64,000 nt of DNA, from positions 1 through 64,000 of the IMG/VR virus record IMGVR_UViG_3300048583_000198, one strand, 5' to 3'. The notes beneath the pieces are model-generated. The model was not told the DNA's origin and did not search any database. It saw nothing but the letters and a program-made list of their open reading frames with translations. The position numbers and the translations under genes are program-made. Source of the DNA: a virus. This document shows positions 9,473-18,443 of the stretch, piece by piece. How positions within the stretch are numbered: position 1 is the first letter of the stretch; the number at the start of each line of letters is the position of its first letter.

Positions 9473-11616
9473 ACCAGCACCATCCGGCGCTAGAGGAGAT
9501 TTCCAATTTCCTCGTGACCAAGACTCAGAACACGGACACTCCCTTCTTTCGAATCATGACGGTGTACTTCCTTACGAAGTGCGTCAGCAGCTTGCGAATC
9601 AGCGTTCGCACGAGAGATCGTGGTGTCATTCCCATCAATACGTACGTCATCGCCCTGGCTCCCTCAGGCGCTGGTAAGGGCTACTCGGTCAACACGCTCG
9701 AGTACAACTTGCTGGGCAACTTCGCAGAGAAGTTTTGTGGCGAAATCATGCCAATCGTCGCTGAAGAAACCATTCACGAACTGGCTCTGAAAAAGGCTTT
9801 GTCTTCGCAAGATGATCTAGGCGTGATCAAGGATCAACTGCGAGACGAGCATGCTCGCTCAGGTGACTACCTGTTTAGCTTTGACAGCGGCACGGTGCCA
9901 GCCACAAAGCAACTGCGACAGAAAATCCTGATGATGGGTTGTGGAGCCATCAATCTTCAGGTCGATGAAATCGGATCCAACTTGATTCAGTCGACCGAGT
10001 TGCTGAATCTTTTCCTGGAGCTGTACGATCTTGGCTACGCGAAAGACAAGCTCATCAAGAACACGAGTGAGCAGAATCGTGGAACCATGCTCACAGGATC
10101 TAGTCCGGCAAACCTCTTGCTATTTGGCACACCTTCGAAGTTGCTGGACGGCTCGGGAACTGAGGACAATTTTTTCCAGTTCCTGGAGGCTGGCTACGCT
10201 CGCCGCTGTCTCTTCGCATGGGGTCACCCAGCAAAGCCTGATGATACGATGTCGCCGGAGGAACTCTTTGACTTGATGGTAACTGCCGCAAACGACAACA
10301 CGCTCAATCCTTGGAAGGAGCGGCTGGACGAACTGTGTGCAGCGGAGTATGCCAACAGCGTCATTGACGTGCCTCGTGAGACCAGCGTCGAACTGCTTCG
10401 CTACCGTCTCTGGTGTGAAAAGCGAGCTTCGGAGATGGGTGACCACGAAGAGCTGGCGAAGACCGAACTCAATCACCGTTACTTCAAATGTCTGAAGTTG
10501 GCTGGCGTTTATGCCGCTTTAGACCTTAGTAACCGTGTCGATCGACATCATATTCATCAGGCTATGACCCTCGTCGAAGAAAGCGGTGCAGCCTTTGGTC
10601 GACTGTTCCAGCGAGAGAGGCCCTACATGCGCCTCAGCAAGTTCCTGGCGCAGTGTCCGAACGAGATGACCCATGCGGACCTCATGGACGAACTGCCGTT
10701 CTATAAGGGCGGTAATACGTCCAGGAACGAAATGATCCAGATGGCTTCGGCCTGGGGCTATCGGAACAACATCATCATCAAAAAGACCGTGGTCGATGGG
10801 ATTGAGTTCTTCCGTGGCGAAACTCTGAAGCAGACCAATCTGAAGAAGCTTCCGATTGCCTGGTCCACACATGTGGCCTACAACTACCGGAACGAGTTTG
10901 CTCCCTGGGAGCAGCTCGGTAAGCTCACCAGCACCAATGGCCTGCACTGGATCAACCATCACCTGATTGCAGGTGACAACGGTGAAGGCCACCGTACTGA
11001 AGACAACTGCAAAACTGGCTTCAGTCTCATTGTGCTGGATGTCGACAAAGGCATGCAGTTGCCTGAAGCCATTGAGCTTCTGGCTCCGTACGCCTATCGC
11101 ATCTACACAACCAAGCGTCACGACGATGAGACCAATCATCGCTTTCGCGTCATCCTTCCCATGAGTCATGAACTCAAGTTGGATGCGAAAGACTACACCC
11201 AATTCATGTCAAATCTGGCGAAGTGGGTGCCGTTCGACATGGATGAAGCAACGTGGCAGCGATCTCGGAAGTGGGAAAGCTTCGACGGTCAGCAGTATGT
11301 CAATGATGGCGAACTGCTTGATGTTCTGCCCTTCATCCCACGTACGGGACGCAATCTCACGTACATGCAGAGCATCGAGAACCTCACTAATCTGCCTGCA
11401 GTTGAACGCTGGTTCGCAAACCAGATTGCTGAGGGCCTGGGACGTAACAATCTCTTGTTCCGTTACGGCACGATGCTAATGTCGAAAGGCAAGCCATACG
11501 TCGAAGCCGAGGCTATCGTCCGCGACTTCAACGCAAAGCTTCCAAACCCACTGAGCATCGACGAACTTCGTCGAACTGTCTTCACCACAATGGCTCGCAA
11601 GGCCAGAGAATCCTAA
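9460..11616 (+). CDS. N4 gp43-like DNA primase with N-terminal P-loop domain
   Basis: APSGAGKG, DEIG, AEP-like LDVD, YTTKRH, RFRVILP, C-terminal GRNNLL; ATG 9460. Confidence 0.88.
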   Translation: MEYVNQHHPALEEISNFLVTKTQNTDTPFFRIMTVYFLTKCVSSLRISVRTRDRGVIPINTYVIALAPSGAGKGYSVNTLEYNLLGNFAEKFCGEIMPIVAEETIHELALKKALSSQDDLGVIKDQLRDEHARSGDYLFSFDSGTVPATKQLRQKILMMGCGAINLQVDEIGSNLIQSTELLNLFLELYDLGYAKDKLIKNTSEQNRGTMLTGSSPANLLLFGTPSKLLDGSGTEDNFFQFLEAGYARRCLFAWGHPAKPDDTMSPEELFDLMVTAANDNTLNPWKERLDELCAAEYANSVIDVPRETSVELLRYRLWCEKRASEMGDHEELAKTELNHRYFKCLKLAGVYAALDLSNRVDRHHIHQAMTLVEESGAAFGRLFQRERPYMRLSKFLAQCPNEMTHADLMDELPFYKGGNTSRNEMIQMASAWGYRNNIIIKKTVVDGIEFFRGETLKQTNLKKLPIAWSTHVAYNYRNEFAPWEQLGKLTSTNGLHWINHHLIAGDNGEGHRTEDNCKTGFSLIVLDVDKGMQLPEAIELLAPYAYRIYTTKRHDDETNHRFRVILPMSHELKLDAKDYTQFMSNLAKWVPFDMDEATWQRSRKWESFDGQQYVNDGELLDVLPFIPRTGRNLTYMQSIENLTNLPAVERWFANQIAEGLGRNNLLFRYGTMLMSKGKPYVEAEAIVRDFNAKLPNPLSIDELRRTVFTTMARKARES

Positions 11617-12332
11617 TGTCAGAACAACTCATTCTCATCGAAGGCTTGTCGGCCTCCGGTAAGTCGCTGTCGCTGTCACATCTGCGAGAGCCGGAAGGCG
11701 TTATCCATCTGAATTGTGAGAACAAGCGTCTCCCATTCAAGCCTGGTAAGCTGCAGACGTACAACATTACCATGCCCGATCAGGTGATCGAAGGCATCCA
11801 GTACGCCGACAAGACGGCTTCCGTTCACACGGTCGTGATTGACACTCTCGACTTCCTGATGAACATGTACGAGACCAACATCGTTAAGAAGGCGGTCAAT
11901 GGCCAGAAAGCGTGGGGCGACTACTTCACGTACTTCCAAGAGCTGATGCAGGTACACATCGCCAACAGCACAAAGCAGTTCATCATCCTGGCTCACTCGC
12001 ACACCATTCTCGATGAAGAAGCGATGATGAAGACGACTGCTGTTCCTGTGAAGGGAGCCCTCAAGAACATTGGAGTGGAGAGCTTCTTCACTACCATCGT
12101 GATGTCGAAGCAGGTACCTCTGCGTCTGCTCGAACCCTACAAGAATCCTATGCTCAATGTCAGTGACGATGACAAGGAGCGAGGGATCAAATACGTCTTC
12201 CAGACCCGCATGACAAAAGAAAGTGCGGGCGAGAAGATTCGCTCCCCCCAGGACATGTGGACCAAGGATGAAACCTTCATCGACAACAACATTCAGTTTG
12301 TTCTGGATCGTTTGGCTGACTACTACAAGTAA
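11616..12332 (+). CDS. AAA ATPase (Sak4-like, N4 gp44-like)
   Basis: GLSASGKS, VVIDTL, ILAH, IRSP; sits between primase and SSB. Confidence 0.85.
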   Translation: MSEQLILIEGLSASGKSLSLSHLREPEGVIHLNCENKRLPFKPGKLQTYNITMPDQVIEGIQYADKTASVHTVVIDTLDFLMNMYETNIVKKAVNGQKAWGDYFTYFQELMQVHIANSTKQFIILAHSHTILDEEAMMKTTAVPVKGALKNIGVESFFTTIVMSKQVPLRLLEPYKNPMLNVSDDDKERGIKYVFQTRMTKESAGEKIRSPQDMWTKDETFIDNNIQFVLDRLADYYK

Positions 12333-12343
12333 CGAGGCAACTC

Positions 12344-13063
12344 ATGGCAAATCTCTTCAGCAATGCGACCAGCGAACTCGCTGGCTCTGAGAAGGAAAAG
12401 GATGTCCTTGGTGGACGTTCGCTCCTTCCCACTGGCGTGTACGAGGGCACGCTCGACGTGGTTTACATCACCAAGTCTCCGGGTGGTGCCACGGCTTTCA
12501 ACCTCGTGGTCGACATCGGCGGCAAGAAGGTGCGTGACCAGATCTACGTCACGAACCGCGCTGGTGGCGTCACGTACACCAAGGACGGGAAAAAGTTCCC
12601 GCTGCCTGGGTACTCTCTCATGAACGCTCTGGCCAAGCTCACGGCTGGCAAGGAGATCCCCCAGCTCGAGTTCGAGAAGAAGCTGGTGAAGATCTACAAC
12701 TTCGATCAGCGGAAGGAAGTTCCGACCGAAGTCGAAGTGGCCGTGGAGCTGGTCGGTCAGCCGGTGAAGCTCGGTATCGAACAGCATCGTGAGAACAAGA
12801 ACGCAAAGGATCAGGCTGGCAACTACGTGCCTACCGCTGAGATCCGCGAGTTCAACACGATAACTCGTGTGTTCCATGCGCAGACTGGCCAGACGGCTTC
12901 TGAGTACAACGCTCAGGCTCCGGCTGAGTTCCTGGCTCTCTGGGCCAAGGAATTCGAGGGCAAGGTGATCGACAAGACGGCGAAGGGGTCTGTTGCCCCG
13001 GCTGCCTCTGGCGGCACTACTGCACCGGCTGGCGGGAAGCCTTCGCTGTTCGGCGGAGGCTAA
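12344..13063 (+). CDS. N4-type single-stranded DNA-binding protein (gp45-like)
   Basis: KDVLGG, LPGY, KLVKIYNFD, low-complexity tail ending SLFGGG; synteny. Confidence 0.85.
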   Translation: MANLFSNATSELAGSEKEKDVLGGRSLLPTGVYEGTLDVVYITKSPGGATAFNLVVDIGGKKVRDQIYVTNRAGGVTYTKDGKKFPLPGYSLMNALAKLTAGKEIPQLEFEKKLVKIYNFDQRKEVPTEVEVAVELVGQPVKLGIEQHRENKNAKDQAGNYVPTAEIREFNTITRVFHAQTGQTASEYNAQAPAEFLALWAKEFEGKVIDKTAKGSVAPAASGGTTAPAGGKPSLFGGG

Positions 13064-13066
13064 CCA

Positions 13067-13417
13067 ATGAAGATCACCCTGGACGAAGCAACTCTGTCCA
13101 AGGCTGTGATCTCCTATCTTCAGGGTGTCGGAGTTCAATCCGACATCTTGAAGGTGGACTTCCGTTACACCCGTGTCCCGTACACAGTGTTTGCGGAAGT
13201 GGAGCTGGCTGAGGCATTGGCGACCAAGCCGGCAAAGACTCGTGTTGTGGTGGATAAAGCTGCAGAAAACGCGGATGAAACCGTAGTTGCTGCAATTCCA
13301 CCGCTGCCACCCGAGTCGCTTGTCGATCCCGACGACCTTCCTCCCGAGACTCCAGAAGATCCTGAAGAGCCTCGGCCCGAGACGCCTGCTGCTCCGCTCT
13401 TTGGCGGTGGTGGCTGA
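13067..13417 (+). CDS. N4 gp47-like protein
   Basis: MKITLDEATLSKAV start, acidic/Pro-rich linker, LFGGGG end; follows SSB. Confidence 0.65.
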   Translation: MKITLDEATLSKAVISYLQGVGVQSDILKVDFRYTRVPYTVFAEVELAEALATKPAKTRVVVDKAAENADETVVAAIPPLPPESLVDPDDLPPETPEDPEEPRPETPAAPLFGGGG

Positions 13418-13419
13418 TG

Positions 13420-13715
13420 TGGGCGTACCTCGGGAGATCCGTGTTAATTGCGGTGGCAACGACAGTTGTTCGCGTCGTGTTGACGCACAACTGGCGGAAG
13501 AAACGCTGAACTGAGGCTCATATCCTCAGCAGGAAAGCCGCAATGCGGCGCTTGTCCTACTACGTTGTGGACCCTGACACAAGACGCAACACGTAGACCG
13601 GTGACGGAGCCTTAACTCCTACTCTGTGCAACCGGAAGCTGGACATTGTTTGTGACAATGGCTGGGGAATTGGGGCCGAAAGGCCCCTGTTCCTTAATTC
13701 CCAAGATTCCAGGAG
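13420..13715 (+). ncRNA. candidate structured non-coding RNA or leader
   Basis: About 300 nt without a convincing ORF, tiled by at least seven stem-loops. Confidence 0.5.
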
Positions 13716-13753
13716 TTTGCGAGAGTATGTCTTCCCCAGCGGAGGACATTAAG

Positions 13754-14176
13754 GTGAAATTCGAACTCATCGAAGACTACGAGGATGTTCTCGAGCATTG
13801 GCCGGACTTTCAAGCTCCGCATGACAATGCCGACAAAATCCCTGGTGAAGACCATACGTATTGGTTACTGCAGCATGAAGGTCAGAACATTGGTTTGACC
13901 TCTGCAGTGTATCGGCCTGAAAAAGGCTATGTTTTCCTGAGTTATGCGATTATCATCCCGACCTGCAAGATCAAAGGACTGCAGCGGAAGATGATTCAAC
14001 ACCGTCTTCGCTGGGCAAAGAGACAAGGGGCGTACTACGCCGTGACCTACACTCTTCTGAAGAACTACCCGAGCATGATCAACCTTCTGCGTTGTGGCTT
14101 TCGATTTGCGAAAGAGCCTCGTGGATGGGGCAGCCTCGGAGAAGATGTTCACTATTTCGAGAAGCAACTCACTTGA
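13754..14176 (+). CDS. GNAT-family acetyltransferase
   Basis: Motif A-like KIKGLQRKMI and NYPSMINLLRCGF; GGAGGA RBS before GTG 13754 (ATG 13727 is an alternative start). Confidence 0.8.
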   Translation: MKFELIEDYEDVLEHWPDFQAPHDNADKIPGEDHTYWLLQHEGQNIGLTSAVYRPEKGYVFLSYAIIIPTCKIKGLQRKMIQHRLRWAKRQGAYYAVTYTLLKNYPSMINLLRCGFRFAKEPRGWGSLGEDVHYFEKQLT

Positions 14177-14182
14177 GGCTCT

Positions 14183-14479
14183 ATGACCGCGAAAGCTAAA
14201 AAGACTTCTGCATTGTCTTTGGAAGACCTGGACAAGCAGTACAACCCCAACGTGATCATCCCTGCTCGTATTCGTGCTGGCCTTGCCAAGCTGGGTGATC
14301 ATGCGATGACAGCCATGAACTTCCAGCACGAAGCCAACGTCACCACTGTGCAGCTCGCGCAGTTCTCCGAGATGTTCGAGAAACATCAGGTTGTCGTCCG
14401 TGATGGCGGCAAACCGAAGACGTTGTGGTGTGGCACTGAAGCCTTTGCACGTAAAGTGCGGGAGCGTTTAGGCGTATGA
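14183..14479 (+). CDS. hypothetical protein coupled to the phosphoesterase
   Basis: GAGG RBS; ATGA overlap with the next gene. Confidence 0.75.
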   Translation: MTAKAKKTSALSLEDLDKQYNPNVIIPARIRAGLAKLGDHAMTAMNFQHEANVTTVQLAQFSEMFEKHQVVVRDGGKPKTLWCGTEAFARKVRERLGV

Positions 14480-15975
14480 GCAAATTCACCCTCGACGAAC
14501 TGGATCGACAGTTCAACCCTGCGTATGTTCTTCAAACTCCGCAAACGGTCCTGGCACGAGATCTTCGTCCTGGGTGTAATCGCTTCATCATCACGTCGGC
14601 TCAGAACGGTACACCGGTACACGAGAATTTCTGGGCCTGTCTTCAGAGTGCTGCGAGACACTTGAATGCCGAGATCCTCGTCATTCCAATGCGCTACAAG
14701 AACCCGACTTCGGTGTTCTCTGGATCACAGCGCAACCTCGAGTGGTGGTCACCTGTTGTCACGCCGTTCCTTTGGAACCAGCGTCTTCAGCTAAACCGCA
14801 ATCTCGTTGTCATGGCTGACTATCAGCTGCAGCCAACTGCTGTTGATCCGTTGTCAGGCATGGATGGTGTCAGCGGCGACTTCTCTGGCATCTTTGGTCA
14901 TACCAAGATGCGTCTTCGATCTGTAGCCACGCCACAGAGCAAGATGGCTAAGACAATCACAACCACTGGTGCTTGCACCGTGGAAAACTACACAGCCAGT
15001 CGTGCCGGTAAGACCGCAGAGTTCCACCATGTATTGGGGGCACTGCTCGTGGAGCTAAGCGATAACGGTCGGCACTTCTGGCTGCGTCAGCTCTACTACA
15101 AGGAAGAGACCAATCGAGTTCTCGACCTTGATGATGCTTACTACGTGAACGGTCACCAGAAGGCTCCGCCATGCCTTGCTGGCATTGGTGGTGACACTCA
15201 CGTTCGCTTCATGGATCCCATGGTTCGTGATGCTCGTTTCCGTGAAGGCGGCTTCCTGGATACGATCCGTTGTCTCAACTGGATCGAGCACGACCTGCTC
15301 GACTCCTACAGCTGCAGTCCGCATCACGACAAGAATCCAATGATCTGGTTGGCCAATCGTTTGGCTCAACAAGATTCTATTGCGGATGAGATCGACGAAG
15401 TGGCGATGTATCTGGAAGGTCTTCGGGACAGATACCCGACGATGCAGATTCATGTCATCACATCGAACCACAATGACATGGCGACGCGAGCAGCCCTGGC
15501 ATTCATGAAGGGCGGCTTGAAAGCCATTCCTCAGGTTTCGCCTATCAACCTCCAGTGGCTCGGCCAAACGATAGCCGAGATGGCGGCTGAGTGTAAGCTC
15601 GAGGAATGGGGCACAAACTACCCGGATGCCCTCAGTCTCTACCTGCGTAAGGTGAAACTGGGCAAGCGAATCCACATGCTCTCAGACCGCGACAGCTTGA
15701 TGCTGGGCGGCATTGAGCATGCCATGCATGGGCACTACGGCCCCAATGGCTCTCGCGGCTCTGTGCGCAACCTGGCGCGTATTGGCGTGAAATCCTGGAC
15801 CGGTCATGGCCACTCGAAGGAAATCTTCGAAGGGGCCAAGCGAGTTGGTACAGCCACACGGCTCTTTGCTGACTACACCCATGGTCCCAGTTCTTGGACC
15901 AATGCCGATGGTCTGACCAATGCCGATGGCAAGGGACAGCTGATCGACTACATTGACGGTAAGTTCAGGCTATAA
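14476..15975 (+). CDS. calcineurin-like metallophosphoesterase
   Basis: GDTH, HDLLD, SNHND, HGH, GHGHS motifs in the C-terminal half. Confidence 0.8.
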   Translation: MSKFTLDELDRQFNPAYVLQTPQTVLARDLRPGCNRFIITSAQNGTPVHENFWACLQSAARHLNAEILVIPMRYKNPTSVFSGSQRNLEWWSPVVTPFLWNQRLQLNRNLVVMADYQLQPTAVDPLSGMDGVSGDFSGIFGHTKMRLRSVATPQSKMAKTITTTGACTVENYTASRAGKTAEFHHVLGALLVELSDNGRHFWLRQLYYKEETNRVLDLDDAYYVNGHQKAPPCLAGIGGDTHVRFMDPMVRDARFREGGFLDTIRCLNWIEHDLLDSYSCSPHHDKNPMIWLANRLAQQDSIADEIDEVAMYLEGLRDRYPTMQIHVITSNHNDMATRAALAFMKGGLKAIPQVSPINLQWLGQTIAEMAAECKLEEWGTNYPDALSLYLRKVKLGKRIHMLSDRDSLMLGGIEHAMHGHYGPNGSRGSVRNLARIGVKSWTGHGHSKEIFEGAKRVGTATRLFADYTHGPSSWTNADGLTNADGKGQLIDYIDGKFRL

Positions 15976-15985
15976 GGACTCATTC

Positions 15986-16525
15986 ATGTTGAAGCTGTAT
16001 AAATCGGGCAAGCACGTTGACCCGCTGAATCTTCGTCCTATGGACCTGGACATCCTCGACATTGCTCACAACCTGTCTTTGCTCTGTCGTTACACGGGAG
16101 CCTACCCATTTCACTACAGCGTCGGTCAGCACAGTCTCCTGGTTGCTGACCTGATGGCCAAAGACGGACATCCGCCTAACACCGTACTTGCAGGTCTGCT
16201 GCATGATGCAGCCGAGTACGTGTACGGCGATGTGAATTACCATCTCAAGAAACTTCCTGAGCTGGCTGAGTACAATCGACGCGAGCATGAGTGCAGCAGA
16301 ATGATCGTGGCTCACTTTGGCTCCACTTGTCACGAGCTTGATAAGGTCAAGCCTTACGACCGTCAGGCTGCCTATCTTGAAATGGATGTACGTGATGGAA
16401 AGTCGTTTGAGATCGTGTCTCACGCTCCCAAGACGATCTATCACCGCTTCCTTCTGAAGTTTGGAGAGTTGACAGGGAATGATCCCTACGACCACTCCTC
16501 TTTTCATCTCCCCTCTAATCTCTAG
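15986..16525 (+). CDS. HD-domain phosphohydrolase (YfbR/5'-deoxynucleotidase-like)
   Basis: DIAHNLS..CRY.G, YSVGQHS, LLHDAAEY.YGD. Confidence 0.88.
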   Translation: MLKLYKSGKHVDPLNLRPMDLDILDIAHNLSLLCRYTGAYPFHYSVGQHSLLVADLMAKDGHPPNTVLAGLLHDAAEYVYGDVNYHLKKLPELAEYNRREHECSRMIVAHFGSTCHELDKVKPYDRQAAYLEMDVRDGKSFEIVSHAPKTIYHRFLLKFGELTGNDPYDHSSFHLPSNL

Positions 16526-16532
16526 GGCTTCC

Positions 16533-16961
16533 ATGAAAACTCTCCCTGACGAATCGAAGGTGAGGTATCACTACCCCATCTCGAGTGGCTGTTTGGCCTA
16601 CTTTCCTGCAGCCTTAGCTGGTGTATCCAAACATTCGTATATCGGTGGAGCCAAGTACAACGACGGCGGTTTGGTGCACTTGCGCTACATTTCGACGCAG
16701 CACATGGACTGCGTACAGCGGCACCTGATGGACATGCAGGATCTGCTGGCAGCTCGGGAGCGTGGCCAGACAACTGTGCCTACGTACGTCTACAACTTCG
16801 AGAAGAAAGTCGAAGAACTTGTGGACCTGCCCATCGAAGAAGCCATCCTGATCGAGTGCAACGCTCTCAGCTGGCGCAGTTTGGCCATCTCTCAGGAACT
16901 GCACGAGAAGCTTGGTAACAAGCCGTTAGCCCCTGCTGCTCGATTGGAGCCTGCAAAATGA
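16533..16961 (+). CDS. dATP/dGTP diphosphohydrolase-like (DUF5664-like) protein
   Basis: YFPAALAGVSKHSYIGGAKY, DCVQRHL and W-R-x-L-A pattern. Confidence 0.65.
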   Translation: MKTLPDESKVRYHYPISSGCLAYFPAALAGVSKHSYIGGAKYNDGGLVHLRYISTQHMDCVQRHLMDMQDLLAARERGQTTVPTYVYNFEKKVEELVDLPIEEAILIECNALSWRSLAISQELHEKLGNKPLAPAARLEPAK

Positions 16962-17227
16962 ACACACTCAATATTGAAGTGAATCTCGATGTCGAAGTCG
17001 AGTACACCTGTATCTCCAAAGGACGACCAGCAACTGGTCCCACGTACAGCTGTGCTGGTGAGCCAGCCGAAGGCGCTGAATTTCAGATTGATAGGGTGAT
17101 GTGCAATGGCGTTGACATTCTCCTCGCTCTTTCAGAGGACACGCTTGATCTACTGCGTGATCATGTCGCGGATGATTACGAAGATCAGGAGCCTGACTAC
17201 GAAAACCGCGACGACGACGATTACTAA
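16958..17227 (+). CDS. acidic hypothetical protein
   Basis: GGAG RBS, ATGA overlap. Confidence 0.65.
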   Translation: MNTLNIEVNLDVEVEYTCISKGRPATGPTYSCAGEPAEGAEFQIDRVMCNGVDILLALSEDTLDLLRDHVADDYEDQEPDYENRDDDDY

Positions 17228-17240
17228 CCCCGAGGGCAAC

Positions 17241-17798
17241 ATGAACAGTCTACTGAACGAAGTCCTGCAGTATCTGCAGATCAACGGCTATCGCCGTGCA
17301 AGCTTTGACCGCTTGTGTGGAATCCTGCCGAGTGCGGCAACCTACCATCAGCTGTCGACGCTGATCGAGGAGTACCCGGAGATCTTCCGTTCCTCGAACA
17401 TCAAGGGCGGTCTCCAGGGCCTGGCTCTGCAGAACGATGTGTCGATCCAGGAAGCCATTGAGATGGCGACTCCTCCGCCGCCTCCGCCTGTGCCTGAGGA
17501 AGACGAGCATCCGCTCGTCACCAGCATGGCCATCGACGCTGAGATCGTGGATGACTACTACCGCAACCTTGGTAGTGCCATCAAGGCTCCGGAAGGTTCT
17601 CCGGCCTACAACACCACGCTCTGCGTGCTCGTGCTCCGCAACGGTTTCGTGATCGTTGGCAAGAGCGCCTGTGTCTACAGCGAGAACTTCAACGAAGAGA
17701 CCGGCAAGCGGTTGGCTCGTGAAGACGCTCTCCGTCAGATCGGCCCGTTCATGGGCTGGCGCGAGGCTGACAAGCGCGCCATTCTGTCGAGCTTCTGA
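17241..17798 (+). CDS. N4 gp49/Sf6 gp66-family protein with extra N-terminal domain
   Basis: C-terminal TLCVLVLRNGFVIVGKSACVYSENFNEETGKRLAREDA; poly-Pro linker. Confidence 0.8.
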   Translation: MNSLLNEVLQYLQINGYRRASFDRLCGILPSAATYHQLSTLIEEYPEIFRSSNIKGGLQGLALQNDVSIQEAIEMATPPPPPPVPEEDEHPLVTSMAIDAEIVDDYYRNLGSAIKAPEGSPAYNTTLCVLVLRNGFVIVGKSACVYSENFNEETGKRLAREDALRQIGPFMGWREADKRAILSSF

Positions 17799-17799
17799 C

Positions 17800-18003
17800 A
17801 TGGCAATCATGAATCGGGGAGGAGAAATCCTCCCCGGTTTTGATGCCGAGACCGGTAAAGCCATTGGCTTTACAGGAGCTGAGTGGCATTACCGTACCAA
17901 AGGCATGCGCCGTGAGTACAGTGTCGTCACCAACTCCATTCGTGTCTACGAAAACCAGAAACTACGATATGAGATCTACGCAACGGAGAGTGAACTTCGA
18001 TGA
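17800..18003 (+). CDS. hypothetical protein
   Basis: Tightly packed ORF with ATGA overlap downstream. Confidence 0.5.
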   Translation: MAIMNRGGEILPGFDAETGKAIGFTGAEWHYRTKGMRREYSVVTNSIRVYENQKLRYEIYATESELR

Positions 18004-18224
18004 TCGAACTCAAGCCTGATCTCACCGTTTCAGAAGCCATGAAGATCGACCAGCTTTGTGGCCGAATCCTGGGAGACATCGGAAGCATTCATGCTCGCAT
18101 CACGCCTCAACAGGCTGATGGAAAAGCTGGACCCATGTCACCTGAGCTAGTAGCTTTGCGTCGACATGTCAGGGAGATTTCCGATGCAGTCCGAGACACC
18201 TACCCAGAACCCTTCTTCAAATAA
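18000..18224 (+). CDS. hypothetical protein
   Basis: GGAG RBS, ATGA overlap. Confidence 0.55.
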   Translation: MIELKPDLTVSEAMKIDQLCGRILGDIGSIHARITPQQADGKAGPMSPELVALRRHVREISDAVRDTYPEPFFK

Positions 18225-18443
18225 GGTAAGGCCCACGGTGTTCTACCGTGCGGACAGACCCCACTCATTTCAGATTGGGCAAAGCGCCTACTGCTACCCG
18301 ATCAACCATCCAGAAATTTCTCGTGTGACAGGAGACGGCGAAACTCCTGCCAAGACTTCTCCTGTCGTCGCACTCAACCATGTTACCGGTGAGTTCTGGA
18401 CAACCAACACTCACTACGCTCCACTCATGCCATAGGATTTCTC

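Noticed and set aside
13445-13514. tmRNA-like tag reading frame (GGCAACGAC...)
   Set aside because: No tRNA-like domain or CCA end, and the peptide does not end in Ala-Ala.
15898-15930. tandem ACCAATGCCGATGG repeat
   Set aside because: Short in-frame duplication (TNADG twice) with no further structure.
15986-16961. 2-aminoadenine (Z) genome pathway
   Set aside because: HD and diphosphohydrolase genes are present but no PurZ-like synthetase is visible in the window.
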